This document shows positions 1 through 9,153 of a stretch of 64,000 nucleotides of DNA, in pieces. Position 1 is the first letter of the stretch. Each line of letters starts with the position of its first letter. The stretch comes from Verrucomicrobiota bacterium. Lineage in GTDB: Bacteria; Verrucomicrobiota; Verrucomicrobiia; Limisphaerales; Palsa-1400. Location of the stretch: assembly GCA_049510745.1 (NCBI GenBank), contig JBEKYR010000006.1, positions 96,001-160,000 on the forward strand, written 5' to 3'. The notes under the pieces were generated by a model. It ran no database searches, was not told the DNA's origin, and worked only from the letters and a program-made list of their open reading frames with translations. The position numbers and the translations under genes are program-made.

Positions 1-629
1 TTCCGTGAAAAGTTTCAGATTGCAATTGAAAGCGAGATAGAGGATATTCAGGCAGGTCACCATGGCCGCAGGCTTTCAGCGGACTTTCCCAGTCTGCGAG
101 GCATCTCGCGAGTCGTCGTGGCGTTATGAAGGCGCGGGTGCGATGCCCGCGCCGAATTGTTTGTTCCCGGAGGAGAATCAGGCTGGAGCGCCCGGTTTTC
201 ATTAGACACCCAGGAAACTGAAATTGTCCTGGCGCGCGAAAATGTTGGTGGATTTGTCTTCAAGATTTTGCGCGAACAACCGATACCCATTGTGGAAGAC
301 GCACCGGCCCTTGTGCGATTGTTCTTTGGAAAAGACACGGAATTTTACCCTGCCATGTTCGTGATTATTAACCTAGTCCTTGAACCGGAAATTAGTCCCA
401 AGGGAGCCTTAACCTCGGTTGTGGCCGACAGACCTTGACTGGAAGTCGAAAGCAATCGACTCGGCTCTGCCTGTTCCTAAAAACGTTCAAAAGCACCGTT
501 GGTACACGGCATTACGGCAGGGTGTTTTTTTGGGGGGGCTGATGTGAACTCAAGAATACCGGGAATCCGGGCGTTGGAGGGTTGTCTCAATTCTGCGATG
601 GCAAGGCACCTGCTTCAAAGGGCTGCAAC

Positions 630-1043
630 ATGGAAGCTCAACCTGAACCGCTCCGCGGCAAGCGCATCCTGTTGGTGGAGGACGAACGATCCGTCCGGGA
701 CACCCTCCAGCGACTCTTGCGTTGCGACAATCATACTGTCATCGAGGCCAACAACGGGGCCGAAGCTTTGGGCCTGTTTACTCAAAATCGATTTGATGTA
801 GTGCTGACCGACTACGTCATGCCCTTCATCACTGGCAGCGAACTGGCCGCTCGCATCAAGCGGTTGGTGCCCGACCAGCCGATCCTCATGATCACGGGAT
901 ACGAACTGAGGCCCAGCCGGCACAATCCCGTCGAGAGGATATTGCGAAAACCGTTCGACCTTGACGACTTGCGGTCCGCCCTGGTGGAAGTCATGCGGTC
1001 GAAAAACTCGAATCCATTGGCTTGCAACGATTTAGGGAGGTGA
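630..1043 (+). CDS. Single-domain response regulator receiver protein
   Basis: ILLVEDE, DVVLTDYVMP (phospho-Asp), MITG, LRKPF receiver motifs; start moved to ATG 630. Confidence 0.9.
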   Translation: MEAQPEPLRGKRILLVEDERSVRDTLQRLLRCDNHTVIEANNGAEALGLFTQNRFDVVLTDYVMPFITGSELAARIKRLVPDQPILMITGYELRPSRHNPVERILRKPFDLDDLRSALVEVMRSKNSNPLACNDLGR

Positions 1044-1114
1044 ACCAAGACTTGATGATTGAAATGAGTTGTGAATAAGCTGTTGCTCCGGCGGTTTACG
1101 GCTATTATAGGAAA

Positions 1115-2977
1115 TCAAGCTGTCTCCGCCATCAGCCGCTTTTCCGCTTCCTCGTTCCCCAGCTTGTGGCGCACCCGCATCACGGAAACCCCGACCACCG
1201 GCGGATAGGCTTGGTCGGCTTTCATCCGCGGCTCCACGTATTCGATCACTTCAAAGAGAAGTTTATTGGCCGACGTGTAATCCAGGCCTGTGAGCCGCTG
1301 GATGTAGCGTGTCGAGCGGTCGATGAGCTTGAGGTTGCTCGGCACAACCCAGATCATGTAATTGCCCATCACTCTGCCCAACCGCACCATCGTGCAGGTT
1401 GAGAGCGCGTTGAGCATCATCTTCAGCCCCGCCCTCGTGACCCCATCCAGCAGGAAGTCTGTCTTCGGCACGGGCGCCAGCACGGCCACGCACTTCGGAT
1501 TCCACCTGGCCAAAAAATCATTGATCTTCTTGAATGTATCCTTTTGCCCAACGTAGATCACCCCGGCTTGGGCGCCGGCCCTTTGCGCGGCCTCCAGTTG
1601 CTTCCGGACAAATCCCTTCGCCGAGAGCAACGATTCCTGCTCGGTCTCTGAAACAATTCCCACCGCGCTGTCACCCTTGCCCAGCGGCCGGTGCTTCAGT
1701 CCATCCAGCCCCACCTTGAAGCGCATCAACTCCGCCGCGCTGATTTTACGCACAATCTCGTTGGTGCGCGCCACTTTGTCCTCGCTCACCAGCGCGCGCA
1801 CTTCAGGCTCGCTCCATTCCACGCACTTGGGTTGGCGCTTGAGGATCCGCACCCACGCCTTCGGCGTCTGCGCGCAAGGCATGAACAAAAACGACCATGA
1901 CTCCGTGGCCGCCGGGTCGTCGAACTTGCGGAACGGCGGCGAGCAATACGTGGGCGAGCGCTCGGTCGTGTCCGTCAGCACATCTATCCCAAACCGGTCG
2001 GCAAAGTAACTGTTCTTGTGCCCGGACCGGTAAACGGATTCCTCCAGCGAAACCGCTTTCGCAAGCTGCGCGCGAAATTCTTGCGACCTCAGGCTGCCAT
2101 GCATCTCCGTCAACCGCTGCAGAAACTCCGCCGGCACCGTCGCCGAGTCCAATGAGCCGGGGCCTTTGGGATCAAGCTCCTTCATCAGATCGCGCAACAC
2201 CATCTCCAACACCGTCAGCAGCACACACAGTTGGATCGTCGTCGCTTGCATCCGCGTCGAGCCGGTGATCGACATCGGCCCGGTCGTCAGGTTGATCTTC
2301 CCGATGCGCGCCTCCTGGATCACCTCCCGGCTTCGCTGGACGTGTCGGCACAAAATGTCATCCGGGTTGTTATACACGAAATAGACTTTCGCCCCCGCTT
2401 CCAGACCTTTCCAGGCCGTGCCGATGACAAACGACGTCTCCCCGCCCTCGGTGATGGCAAACACCACGTCTCTGGCTCCCACTCCCAAATCCCCAATCTG
2501 CTTCTTGCCAAACTCTGTGAAGTCCTCAAACCCTTCCACTGACTTGACGAGCGCGAAATCCCCGCCCGCCATGACGCTGAACGCGCGGTGCTCGAACTCC
2601 TCCGGCTTGGGCGAACTGGCCAGTCCCCGCGCCCGCTGCTGCTGCCAGAAATCGCGCCAGATGGAAACCAATTGGATGCTCAGGCGCCCGGTCGAGCCGC
2701 ACCCGGTGAAAAACAGCTTCCCCCCGCGGCGCAACGACCGCAGCATCGCTTCCTTGATGCCTGCCGCCCGGCCCGATTCGGCGAACTCCTTATACTTGCG
2801 CACCACGTCGCCATCCGCCTCGAACAGCAGCCCCAGTGCCGCGCTCACGTCGCCCCTGGCTGTTTCGCTCAGGTTGGCGGTGACAGGGTGGGAGGACTCG
2901 GTCGTCAGGACGCCGAGCTGAAATTGATCGCTGATTTTGAGAAATTCATCTGATCGGCGGTTGGATGTTTCGCTCAT
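1115..2977 (-). CDS. Double-SIS sugar-phosphate binding protein, MurQ/glucokinase-regulator-like
   Basis: GCGSTGRL, GPMSITGSTRMQA, KMMLNALST..VRLGRVMGNYM..V.PSNLKLIDR are MurQ/GCKR-type motifs; 620 aa. Confidence 0.75.
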   Translation of the reverse strand: MSETSNRRSDEFLKISDQFQLGVLTTESSHPVTANLSETARGDVSAALGLLFEADGDVVRKYKEFAESGRAAGIKEAMLRSLRRGGKLFFTGCGSTGRLSIQLVSIWRDFWQQQRARGLASSPKPEEFEHRAFSVMAGGDFALVKSVEGFEDFTEFGKKQIGDLGVGARDVVFAITEGGETSFVIGTAWKGLEAGAKVYFVYNNPDDILCRHVQRSREVIQEARIGKINLTTGPMSITGSTRMQATTIQLCVLLTVLEMVLRDLMKELDPKGPGSLDSATVPAEFLQRLTEMHGSLRSQEFRAQLAKAVSLEESVYRSGHKNSYFADRFGIDVLTDTTERSPTYCSPPFRKFDDPAATESWSFLFMPCAQTPKAWVRILKRQPKCVEWSEPEVRALVSEDKVARTNEIVRKISAAELMRFKVGLDGLKHRPLGKGDSAVGIVSETEQESLLSAKGFVRKQLEAAQRAGAQAGVIYVGQKDTFKKINDFLARWNPKCVAVLAPVPKTDFLLDGVTRAGLKMMLNALSTCTMVRLGRVMGNYMIWVVPSNLKLIDRSTRYIQRLTGLDYTSANKLLFEVIEYVEPRMKADQAYPPVVGVSVMRVRHKLGNEEAEKRLMAETA

Positions 2978-3016
2978 AAAGGCTGGATTATTGTTGGGGG
3001 TCTTGGTTGCCGGACA

Positions 3017-3553
3017 CTACTTCATCTTTGACCTGAGCTTGATCTTTTCACCGGCAATCATGAAATTGCCGCGTCCAAGATGATGAATCGTCCGCGGGTT
3101 TTTCACGGCGGGGTCGATCCATGCTTTGACGACTTCAAGAACAAACAAGCAATAGCTGGCCACCATCCTTGTGTCGGCCACCCGGCATTCGAGATTGGCA
3201 TAGCATTCCTCGATGAGAGGCGCGCCAACTCGCGCGGCCGGCTTGGGCGTGAGGCCAAACGTCTTGAACTTGTCCGTGTTCGCGCCCGACGTATTGCCGC
3301 AGCCCACGACCTTTTCCGCTATCTCCACTGTGGGGATGTTAATGACACATTCATTGGTTGCCTGCAACAGGCCGAAGGAATAGTTGCGATTGCTGATGAC
3401 GCAACCCACCAGCGGCGGCTCAAACTCGATCATGGTGTGCCACGACATGGTCATGATGTTGGGGCGCCCGGCGCGCGCCGTCGTGACCATGACGACCGGC
3501 CCCGGCTCGAGCAAGCCATAGACCTTGGACAGAGGAAAGGATTTCTTAGCCAT
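3017..3553 (-). CDS. Flavin reductase family protein
   Basis: PGPVVMVTT, NIMTMSW, ECVINIP, CGNTSG...DKF, APLIEECYANLEC motifs. Confidence 0.9.
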   Translation of the reverse strand: MAKKSFPLSKVYGLLEPGPVVMVTTARAGRPNIMTMSWHTMIEFEPPLVGCVISNRNYSFGLLQATNECVINIPTVEIAEKVVGCGNTSGANTDKFKTFGLTPKPAARVGAPLIEECYANLECRVADTRMVASYCLFVLEVVKAWIDPAVKNPRTIHHLGRGNFMIAGEKIKLRSKMK

Positions 3554-3712
3554 GTTGGTTCTGCGTTTCGAGAACAATTGACCTCGTCATTCGCCGCCCC
3601 AAATGCCTGATTAATATCTGTCGCCGTCAGCACCCAAAATCAAGCCTTTAACGCGATTATCTCCAACCGGCGCGGCGCGTCACCTCCTCATTTGCCCCGC
3701 ACATGCCCAGAA

Positions 3713-3745
3713 TTATTTCTCTGCCGCGCGGTAGCGATACTTCAT
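3713..3745 (-). pseudogene. Stub of a putative RelE-like toxin (MKYRYRAAEK*FW)
   Basis: ATG overlaps the antitoxin stop (ATGA); in-frame TAA after 10 codons followed by FW; family assignment from recalled similarity. Confidence 0.4.
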
Positions 3746-3939
3746 TGCAAGCGCGCGGGCGGCGTCTCGAATAAGGCTGTTTCCATGTCCACGCAACGCC
3801 CCGCTTCGGCATCCTTCATTGCTTCCTTGAATTCATCTGGAATCCAGGAATCATCCTGTTCGACAACGAATTTGGCCACCGCAGCCCGCTCCATCGGAGG
3901 CAGCGATTTAATCTGTTCAATGATTTCCTGTGCGCTCAT
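3742..3939 (-). CDS. Putative addiction-module antitoxin
   Basis: 65 aa acidic protein, MSAQEIIEQIKSLPPMER...EAMKDAEAGR. Confidence 0.6.
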   Translation of the reverse strand: MSAQEIIEQIKSLPPMERAAVAKFVVEQDDSWIPDEFKEAMKDAEAGRCVDMETALFETPPARLQ

Positions 3940-4091
3940 GCCTTTGAATACTATACGCAAAATTCCGTTAAAATGCGCTTTCAAAGTGACCACAGACATG
4001 GATTCAGGATAGTTTCAGACCGTTTGAACCGCAAGAGATTTGACGCTCTTTTTATCGGCACAGGTTTTCCCGCTACGCGTTCCGGTGTTGC

Positions 4092-4216
4092 CTGTCCTCC
4101 GACTTGTCCCGCCATAGCGCCCAGCGCGACGGCGGAAGCCTTGGCGAAGGCGGACCTTTCCCGCCGTCTTGTCCGCCGAAGTTTTAACAGAGGCGGAAGT
4201 CTTGACGAAGGCGGAT
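4092..4216. repeat. Two nested GC-rich palindromic elements (CCGCC...GAAG..CTTG..CGAAGGCGGA)
   Basis: GGCGGAAG(C/T)CTTG(G/A)CGAAGGCGGA occurs twice, each preceded by a CTTGTCC(C)GCC...GGCGG hairpin. Confidence 0.7.
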
Positions 4217-4444
4217 CCCCAGAATTGCGCCCCGGCTGCCCTCGCAACCCTGGGGCCAATGCCGCCACCACCAGGGAGGGCTTGCGCCATTGGAATCATT
4301 CCGCTTCGCTCCATTATGGGCATCCGTGCCAGAAACCCAACCAGTCACACAACACGGTTGTCGCAAATAAAGTATTGCGAATTGGCTTGGAATTTGCCAA
4401 GCTGTGACGCTGTGGAAGCAAAATCGGTCTCCATTTCACTTCGA

Positions 4445-4954
4445 GTGGTAAAAACGATTATTTTCGGCGTCGCTGTCTCGTGCTCACTTATGGCGCTCGC
4501 CGGATGTTCGAGGCAAGCGTTGCCAAAGCCAATTGTTTCCGGCGTGAACCAAAACGATTCTGAGAAAGCATTAGCTCAACGTTACGGTTGCCCCGTGCTG
4601 GGATGTCCGAAATCTGACTGTTATTCAATTCAAATTCAGCAAATGCTGGCCACGAGCAATCGTTTTGTAGCAGAGGGATGGTTGTTAGACGTGGCTGAGT
4701 CGCATGGCAGTGTGGAAGCCGTGTTTGATCTTCCCATTATGGCAGGCGTAGGCAACAAGTGCATTGCAAGGCTTGAATGTCCAACGAATTTGGTTGCAAC
4801 ATTAACGTCCGTCCAAAGGGAGGGATGGTGCTTCGTGTTTGATGCTGGTGAAAACAGCCAAGACTTGATCCCAAGCAAAGACAACGATGAGCCTTTCGCC
4901 GTGGAAAGCCTGTTGACAATCAAGGGCAAATTGATTGACGCAGTGATTTGGTGA
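4445..4954 (+). CDS. Hypothetical lipoprotein
   Basis: Hydrophobic signal ending in LAGC lipobox after GTG 4445. Confidence 0.55.
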   Translation: MVKTIIFGVAVSCSLMALAGCSRQALPKPIVSGVNQNDSEKALAQRYGCPVLGCPKSDCYSIQIQQMLATSNRFVAEGWLLDVAESHGSVEAVFDLPIMAGVGNKCIARLECPTNLVATLTSVQREGWCFVFDAGENSQDLIPSKDNDEPFAVESLLTIKGKLIDAVIW

Positions 4955-4975
4955 TGTTACCGACCGACTCAGCGT

Positions 4976-5368
4976 ATGGATGACGACACCCGCGAAGCCA
5001 ACAGAAAGTCGCGTATCGAAAGCATAGGCAAGGGCTGGCTCCGAAATCGAATCACCGTGGAGCAGGCCGAAGCCAAGCACCTGGTCGATTTTAGTTTGGG
5101 AGACGACGCAAGCGAAGCCGCGCAACGGCTGCACGCACGCCGGTTGCAACTAGCCCGCGCCGGAGGGCTTCGCTTGGACGGGAAACCGGTTCCTTTCGGG
5201 CTTGGGAATCGTCAATGGCACGAATTTCTTGCTTCCATGCAAGAAGGCGATGAACTGTGGGAGTTTTGCAGTTCAGAATTTTCATGGGAGCACTTGGCTG
5301 GCCGGGCAGGAATTGCGCTCGTTCGCAACGGCGAAATCTTTGACTGTATGCTTACGTCGATGAGTTAA
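4976..5368 (+). CDS. Hypothetical protein (GDELWEF.S...W..LAGR.G.ALVR.G)
   Basis: 130 aa ORF with globular composition, 21 bp after the previous gene. Confidence 0.65.
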   Translation: MDDDTREANRKSRIESIGKGWLRNRITVEQAEAKHLVDFSLGDDASEAAQRLHARRLQLARAGGLRLDGKPVPFGLGNRQWHEFLASMQEGDELWEFCSSEFSWEHLAGRAGIALVRNGEIFDCMLTSMS

Positions 5369-5450
5369 GATAAGCTGTCATTCTCTTGGGGAAACTGGCT
5401 CGTTGGTGGATTGAAGCATTGGATTCCCCTATTGCGGCCTTTGCACCCGA

Positions 5451-6485
5451 CTAAAGTCCCAGTTTTCGCAGCTCAACTTCCAGTGCAGCTTGAAATTCCT
5501 GCAAATCGGCAGCAGGAGGTTTGTATCCCTTTGGGGGCACCAAGCCCAAACGGCCCGCTTCATCCAAAATCCATTCAGCCAATCTACCATCGCTGAAACT
5601 GACTTTGCCGCTAAGGAGGGCACCCGGACGCGCCAACGGGTCTATGCTAATGCTCATTTTGGCGCCTGGGGCATCAGCCGGAAACAGGGACAACTCTTTC
5701 TGGTATTCGGGACGCAAACCCTCTGCCGAATACTTCTCAACCTCATATCGAAGATGTTCGTCAAAGAACTGCTCCGGGAACTTCTCATGGCACTGGAGGA
5801 AATACAGAACGATGCGGTTTAATAAGAGAGCCGGAATCCTCTCACCTCGTCGCTCGGATGCGTCACGGAATGCTTTGCAAACACGGGAGTAAACTTCAAT
5901 GATCTTTTCGTCGGACATCGTCATCGAAGGAGCGCAGCCTTGTGCGGCTGCAATCCTACGGAAGCCGCTGATGATAACAGTGCCCCCCGAATCGAGAGCG
6001 GCCTCCAAAACGCTGCCTGATCTTGGTGCCTTTTCCTCAACTTGGATTGGAACCTTGGTTTGGCCTTGTTCATCTGCCGCTGCCTTTCCTTCCACCTGTT
6101 TGAAGCCCCAGCCGCATTCCTCAAAAGCAACTTCCAAGGGATTTTTTAAAACCGTCCACGCTAGGGAAAGCTCACTTGCGAATTTTGCACGGGCTGCCAA
6201 ACTGACTAAACCATCCAGGACCATAGCGCACATGGCGAACCTTTGGATATCTGAGAGCGTTCTAAACTCAGGAATCCAGTCAGCAAGATTTTTGTCGCCT
6301 ATCGTTTTGGGCAAGAGCCAGCCAACAACAGCGCGTTTGACGAATATCTTGGCGGTGGCAGTCCCGACGCTGACAACCAAGACTTCGCCAGAGGGAATTA
6401 CGAGAGTGGCAACACGCCCGGTCTCGTAATGGCGTAAGACTGAACCATGCTTTGCACAGAGGGTCTTGGCTTCCTCGGTTGTCAT
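5451..6485 (-). CDS. Hypothetical protein
   Basis: 344 aa from ATG 6485; protein-like composition; no family recognised. Confidence 0.6.
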   Translation of the reverse strand: MTTEEAKTLCAKHGSVLRHYETGRVATLVIPSGEVLVVSVGTATAKIFVKRAVVGWLLPKTIGDKNLADWIPEFRTLSDIQRFAMCAMVLDGLVSLAARAKFASELSLAWTVLKNPLEVAFEECGWGFKQVEGKAAADEQGQTKVPIQVEEKAPRSGSVLEAALDSGGTVIISGFRRIAAAQGCAPSMTMSDEKIIEVYSRVCKAFRDASERRGERIPALLLNRIVLYFLQCHEKFPEQFFDEHLRYEVEKYSAEGLRPEYQKELSLFPADAPGAKMSISIDPLARPGALLSGKVSFSDGRLAEWILDEAGRLGLVPPKGYKPPAADLQEFQAALEVELRKLGL

Positions 6486-6691
6486 GCGCTTCCTTCCGCA
6501 TCGGTCCGTGCCACTTCCCGGACGAGTTGCACGCAGGCAGGGTCTTCGGGATTTGGCAGGTTTGGAAAAACCAGCGAGTAAACGCCAATCGCGCAAACAT
6601 CGCCAGCACGATACCAACGCACGCCCTGGACCAGACAATGGAGGAGGCAAGCGAACAAGCCGACTTCAAGTAATGTGGGATGCGCGTCCAT
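6482..6691 (-). CDS. Small hypothetical protein
   Basis: GAGG before ATG; stop overlaps the next ATG (ATGA). Confidence 0.3.
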   Translation of the reverse strand: MDAHPTLLEVGLFACLLHCLVQGVRWYRAGDVCAIGVYSLVFPNLPNPEDPACVQLVREVARTDAEGSA

Positions 6692-6706
6692 CGCCTCAAT
6701 TACCCG

Positions 6707-7183
6707 TTATTTCACGCCCAAGTCCTTCTTTGCTAGTGACCGAATCTCGAGAAGGGCCCGCTTGTATGCCTCAAAGTCCGAATACATTATCTCGAACATC
6801 GAGGTCCTCCCGCCGTCCGGGTCAAGCCTGGGGCGCGCTTCGAGCGTCGCCAGAACAGCGGCCACCTCGTCCGAAACAATGTAGGCCCCAATGCCTGTAG
6901 CTTTCCGCAATTCTAGGTACGCCCTATGACATTCGTCGCCCAACTCCTTCTGGCGTTCCTCGCTGTACCGCACCCCCTGCTCAACATCGGCCATCGTGGA
7001 GCAGTACTCCACAAGTGCGTGCAAGGCATCCACAATTCGGGAGTACGCTTCCGCCTTCCTCTCCCACCAACGCTCTGCGCGGTAACGCCTCAGCGCCAGC
7101 CTCACGGAAATAATCGCCGTGCAGACGCCGACAACTATCGACGGCACAGCGTTGGTCAAGAAGATTGAGAGCCATTGGAGCAT
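6707..7183 (-). CDS. Hypothetical single-TM protein (ERWWERKAEAY)
   Basis: N-terminal TM helix then a helical domain. Confidence 0.65.
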   Translation of the reverse strand: MLQWLSIFLTNAVPSIVVGVCTAIISVRLALRRYRAERWWERKAEAYSRIVDALHALVEYCSTMADVEQGVRYSEERQKELGDECHRAYLELRKATGIGAYIVSDEVAAVLATLEARPRLDPDGGRTSMFEIMYSDFEAYKRALLEIRSLAKKDLGVK

Positions 7184-7503
7184 AACTCAGGCGATATTCC
7201 GACGATCTCAAAAGATTCACGTTTCATTTGCCGCCGAAGATGTCACCGCCAGCACCCAAAGTCAAACCTCTAGCGCGCTTACCACGTAGTGGGGCGAACA
7301 CCGCAGGGGCGGCGTCTCGGACTATCCATCGTTCAATTCCATCGGGTCATAGTTCATCTTCAATTTGGTTAGGGACTCTTTTGCCCAGCGACAAATCAAC
7401 TTGCCCGGCAGGCTGAATCTGGCATAGTGGATTGGCCAGCAGTCGGAAAAGTCAGAGTGGCGGGAGCAAAAAGTGCGATTTCGCCAATAAAATCAACGCG
7501 CGC

Positions 7504-7593
7504 GGAAGGGTGGCTGAGTGGTTGAAGGCACCTGACTCGAAATCAGGCTTAGGGGAAACCCTAACGTGGGTTCGAATCCCACCCCTTCCGCCA
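7504..7593 (+). tRNA. tRNA-Ser(CGA)
   Basis: GGAAGGG/CCCTTCC acceptor stem, CCTGA-CT-CGA-AA-TCAGG anticodon arm, long variable arm, GTTCGAATCC, CCA end. Confidence 0.97.
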
Positions 7594-7910
7594 ATTTTCT
7601 CTAATCGCAATCATCATCAGAACTACTTTAAAAATCGTGTCTGATTGCATGTGCCAAATTCATGGAAACCGTCGATTCTATCGGTGTTTCTTGACATTTG
7701 AGCGGGTGAATGGAATCGCGCTTTCGTCACTCTCCCGCAACTGTTTCGCGCGCTCTCAGCGGAGCCGGTAAAACCGCGGCGGCAATGACAGGAAATTGCT
7801 TTTCACAGGGTCGCCGGTTTATGGACGCTGCGCGGGTGATCCCCACCATCAGTCGCGTGTTGAATTGGGCCGGGGCGTTGACCATCGTGGCGCCAGCATA
7901 CACCGCCGCG

Positions 7911-9146
7911 TCAGGGCCTGGGCACGGCCAGGCTGGAATGCAGAATCAAAACAAGGCCGTCTGCGTCATACGGTTCGGGGATGACCCAACGCGAGCCGAA
8001 AACCAGTTTGGGGACGGCGTTGCCGCTCCGGAGGGTGTCGCCGTAAATCCGAATGGAGGTTTGCAGATACCGGCCGATCCAGGGGTCGGCCTGGGCGGCA
8101 TCGAACTTCGCCTGGCCGACCAATTCGACCGCTTTGGCCCTGGCGGCGTCAAGGCTTCGCGGGCGCCAGCGGTCACCGGACTCAAGCAAGAACATCCAGC
8201 GGTCAAAGAAAGGAAACGCCTCGCGCTTGGCCACCCAAACCGCCAGGCCAACTTTGGCCAGTTCGCAGGAGTCCTTGAATTCATCCACGTCCCGGGGGAT
8301 GTAGGGGTTGCATTGGCTGTTCAAGGGCGTCGGACAAAGGGCAAAGGCCAGCTTGCCGCGGTAGCGGCGGACTGCCTCATCGAGCATGAAATGCAGTTGC
8401 TGGCAATGGGGGCACTTATAATCAAAGAGCAGGGTAACGACGTAGAGGGCATCCGGCGAACCGACCAGTGGCGCGGCATGGGGATCAATGGCGGGCAGGT
8501 TCTGCTGCGACTCGCCGCCGCGATAGACGGCTGGAGGAGTAAAGCGGACCTGGCAGACCGCCAGAATGCCAGCCAGGGCCAGACCGACCAAGGTCAGGCC
8601 GATCGCGGGCAAAGGGCGAATAACGCGCCCTGGCGCGGCGCCCGTGGTGGCATTCGGCGCGGGATTCGACAGCGCGACATCGATTGAATCGTCGTCGAGT
8701 TGCATGGGCGCCCGCCAGAGGACCAAAGCCGCCAGCAGCAGGCCGGTGATGTGCGTGGCCATGCAATAGGGGCAAAAGGCCCCAATGAACGATTTCTGCA
8801 CGATGGTGAACCACACGGCACTTCCGGCGGCCGCCCCGACCAGAACCAGCATCGCGCGCCAGGCCAGCCGTCGGATCGGTGCCGCCGTGGCCGGACCAAC
8901 GAAAAGACCGGCTGCCAGCATCGCCAGGTACGCCCCCGCCGCCAGACCGCTGACGGGCAACACCCCTCCCACCGTGGACCACCGGCTGTTGAGCACCTGG
9001 TCACACGGGCTTCCGCCGCCGCAGCCGATTACCGACCCGCCCACCAGATAATGCCAGCCCAGGTAGGCGCTCAACGCCAAAGCCAGCCCGCTCAAACCCG
9101 TCAACACCCAGCGCCACCAAGGCCAGGACCGGCGAAATCGAGACAT
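7911..9146 (-). CDS. VKOR family protein fused to DsbA-like thioredoxin domain
   Basis: C-GGGSP-C, VLNSRWS, FCPYC in the TM domain; DYKCPHC and AVP in the C-terminal domain. Confidence 0.9.
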   Translation of the reverse strand: MSRFRRSWPWWRWVLTGLSGLALALSAYLGWHYLVGGSVIGCGGGSPCDQVLNSRWSTVGGVLPVSGLAAGAYLAMLAAGLFVGPATAAPIRRLAWRAMLVLVGAAAGSAVWFTIVQKSFIGAFCPYCMATHITGLLLAALVLWRAPMQLDDDSIDVALSNPAPNATTGAAPGRVIRPLPAIGLTLVGLALAGILAVCQVRFTPPAVYRGGESQQNLPAIDPHAAPLVGSPDALYVVTLLFDYKCPHCQQLHFMLDEAVRRYRGKLAFALCPTPLNSQCNPYIPRDVDEFKDSCELAKVGLAVWVAKREAFPFFDRWMFLLESGDRWRPRSLDAARAKAVELVGQAKFDAAQADPWIGRYLQTSIRIYGDTLRSGNAVPKLVFGSRWVIPEPYDADGLVLILHSSLAVPRP

Positions 9147-9153
9147 TTCTCCG

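Noticed and set aside
1..438. Frame-1 reading interrupted by a single TGA at 127-129 (readthrough/selenocysteine)
   Set aside because: No recognisable protein family or SECIS; cut by the window edge.
7700..7790. Cobalamin riboswitch (CCCGCAACTGT) or LacI HTH remnant (SPATVSRALSG)
   Set aside because: Other riboswitch elements and a downstream B12 gene are missing; the peptide match is too short.
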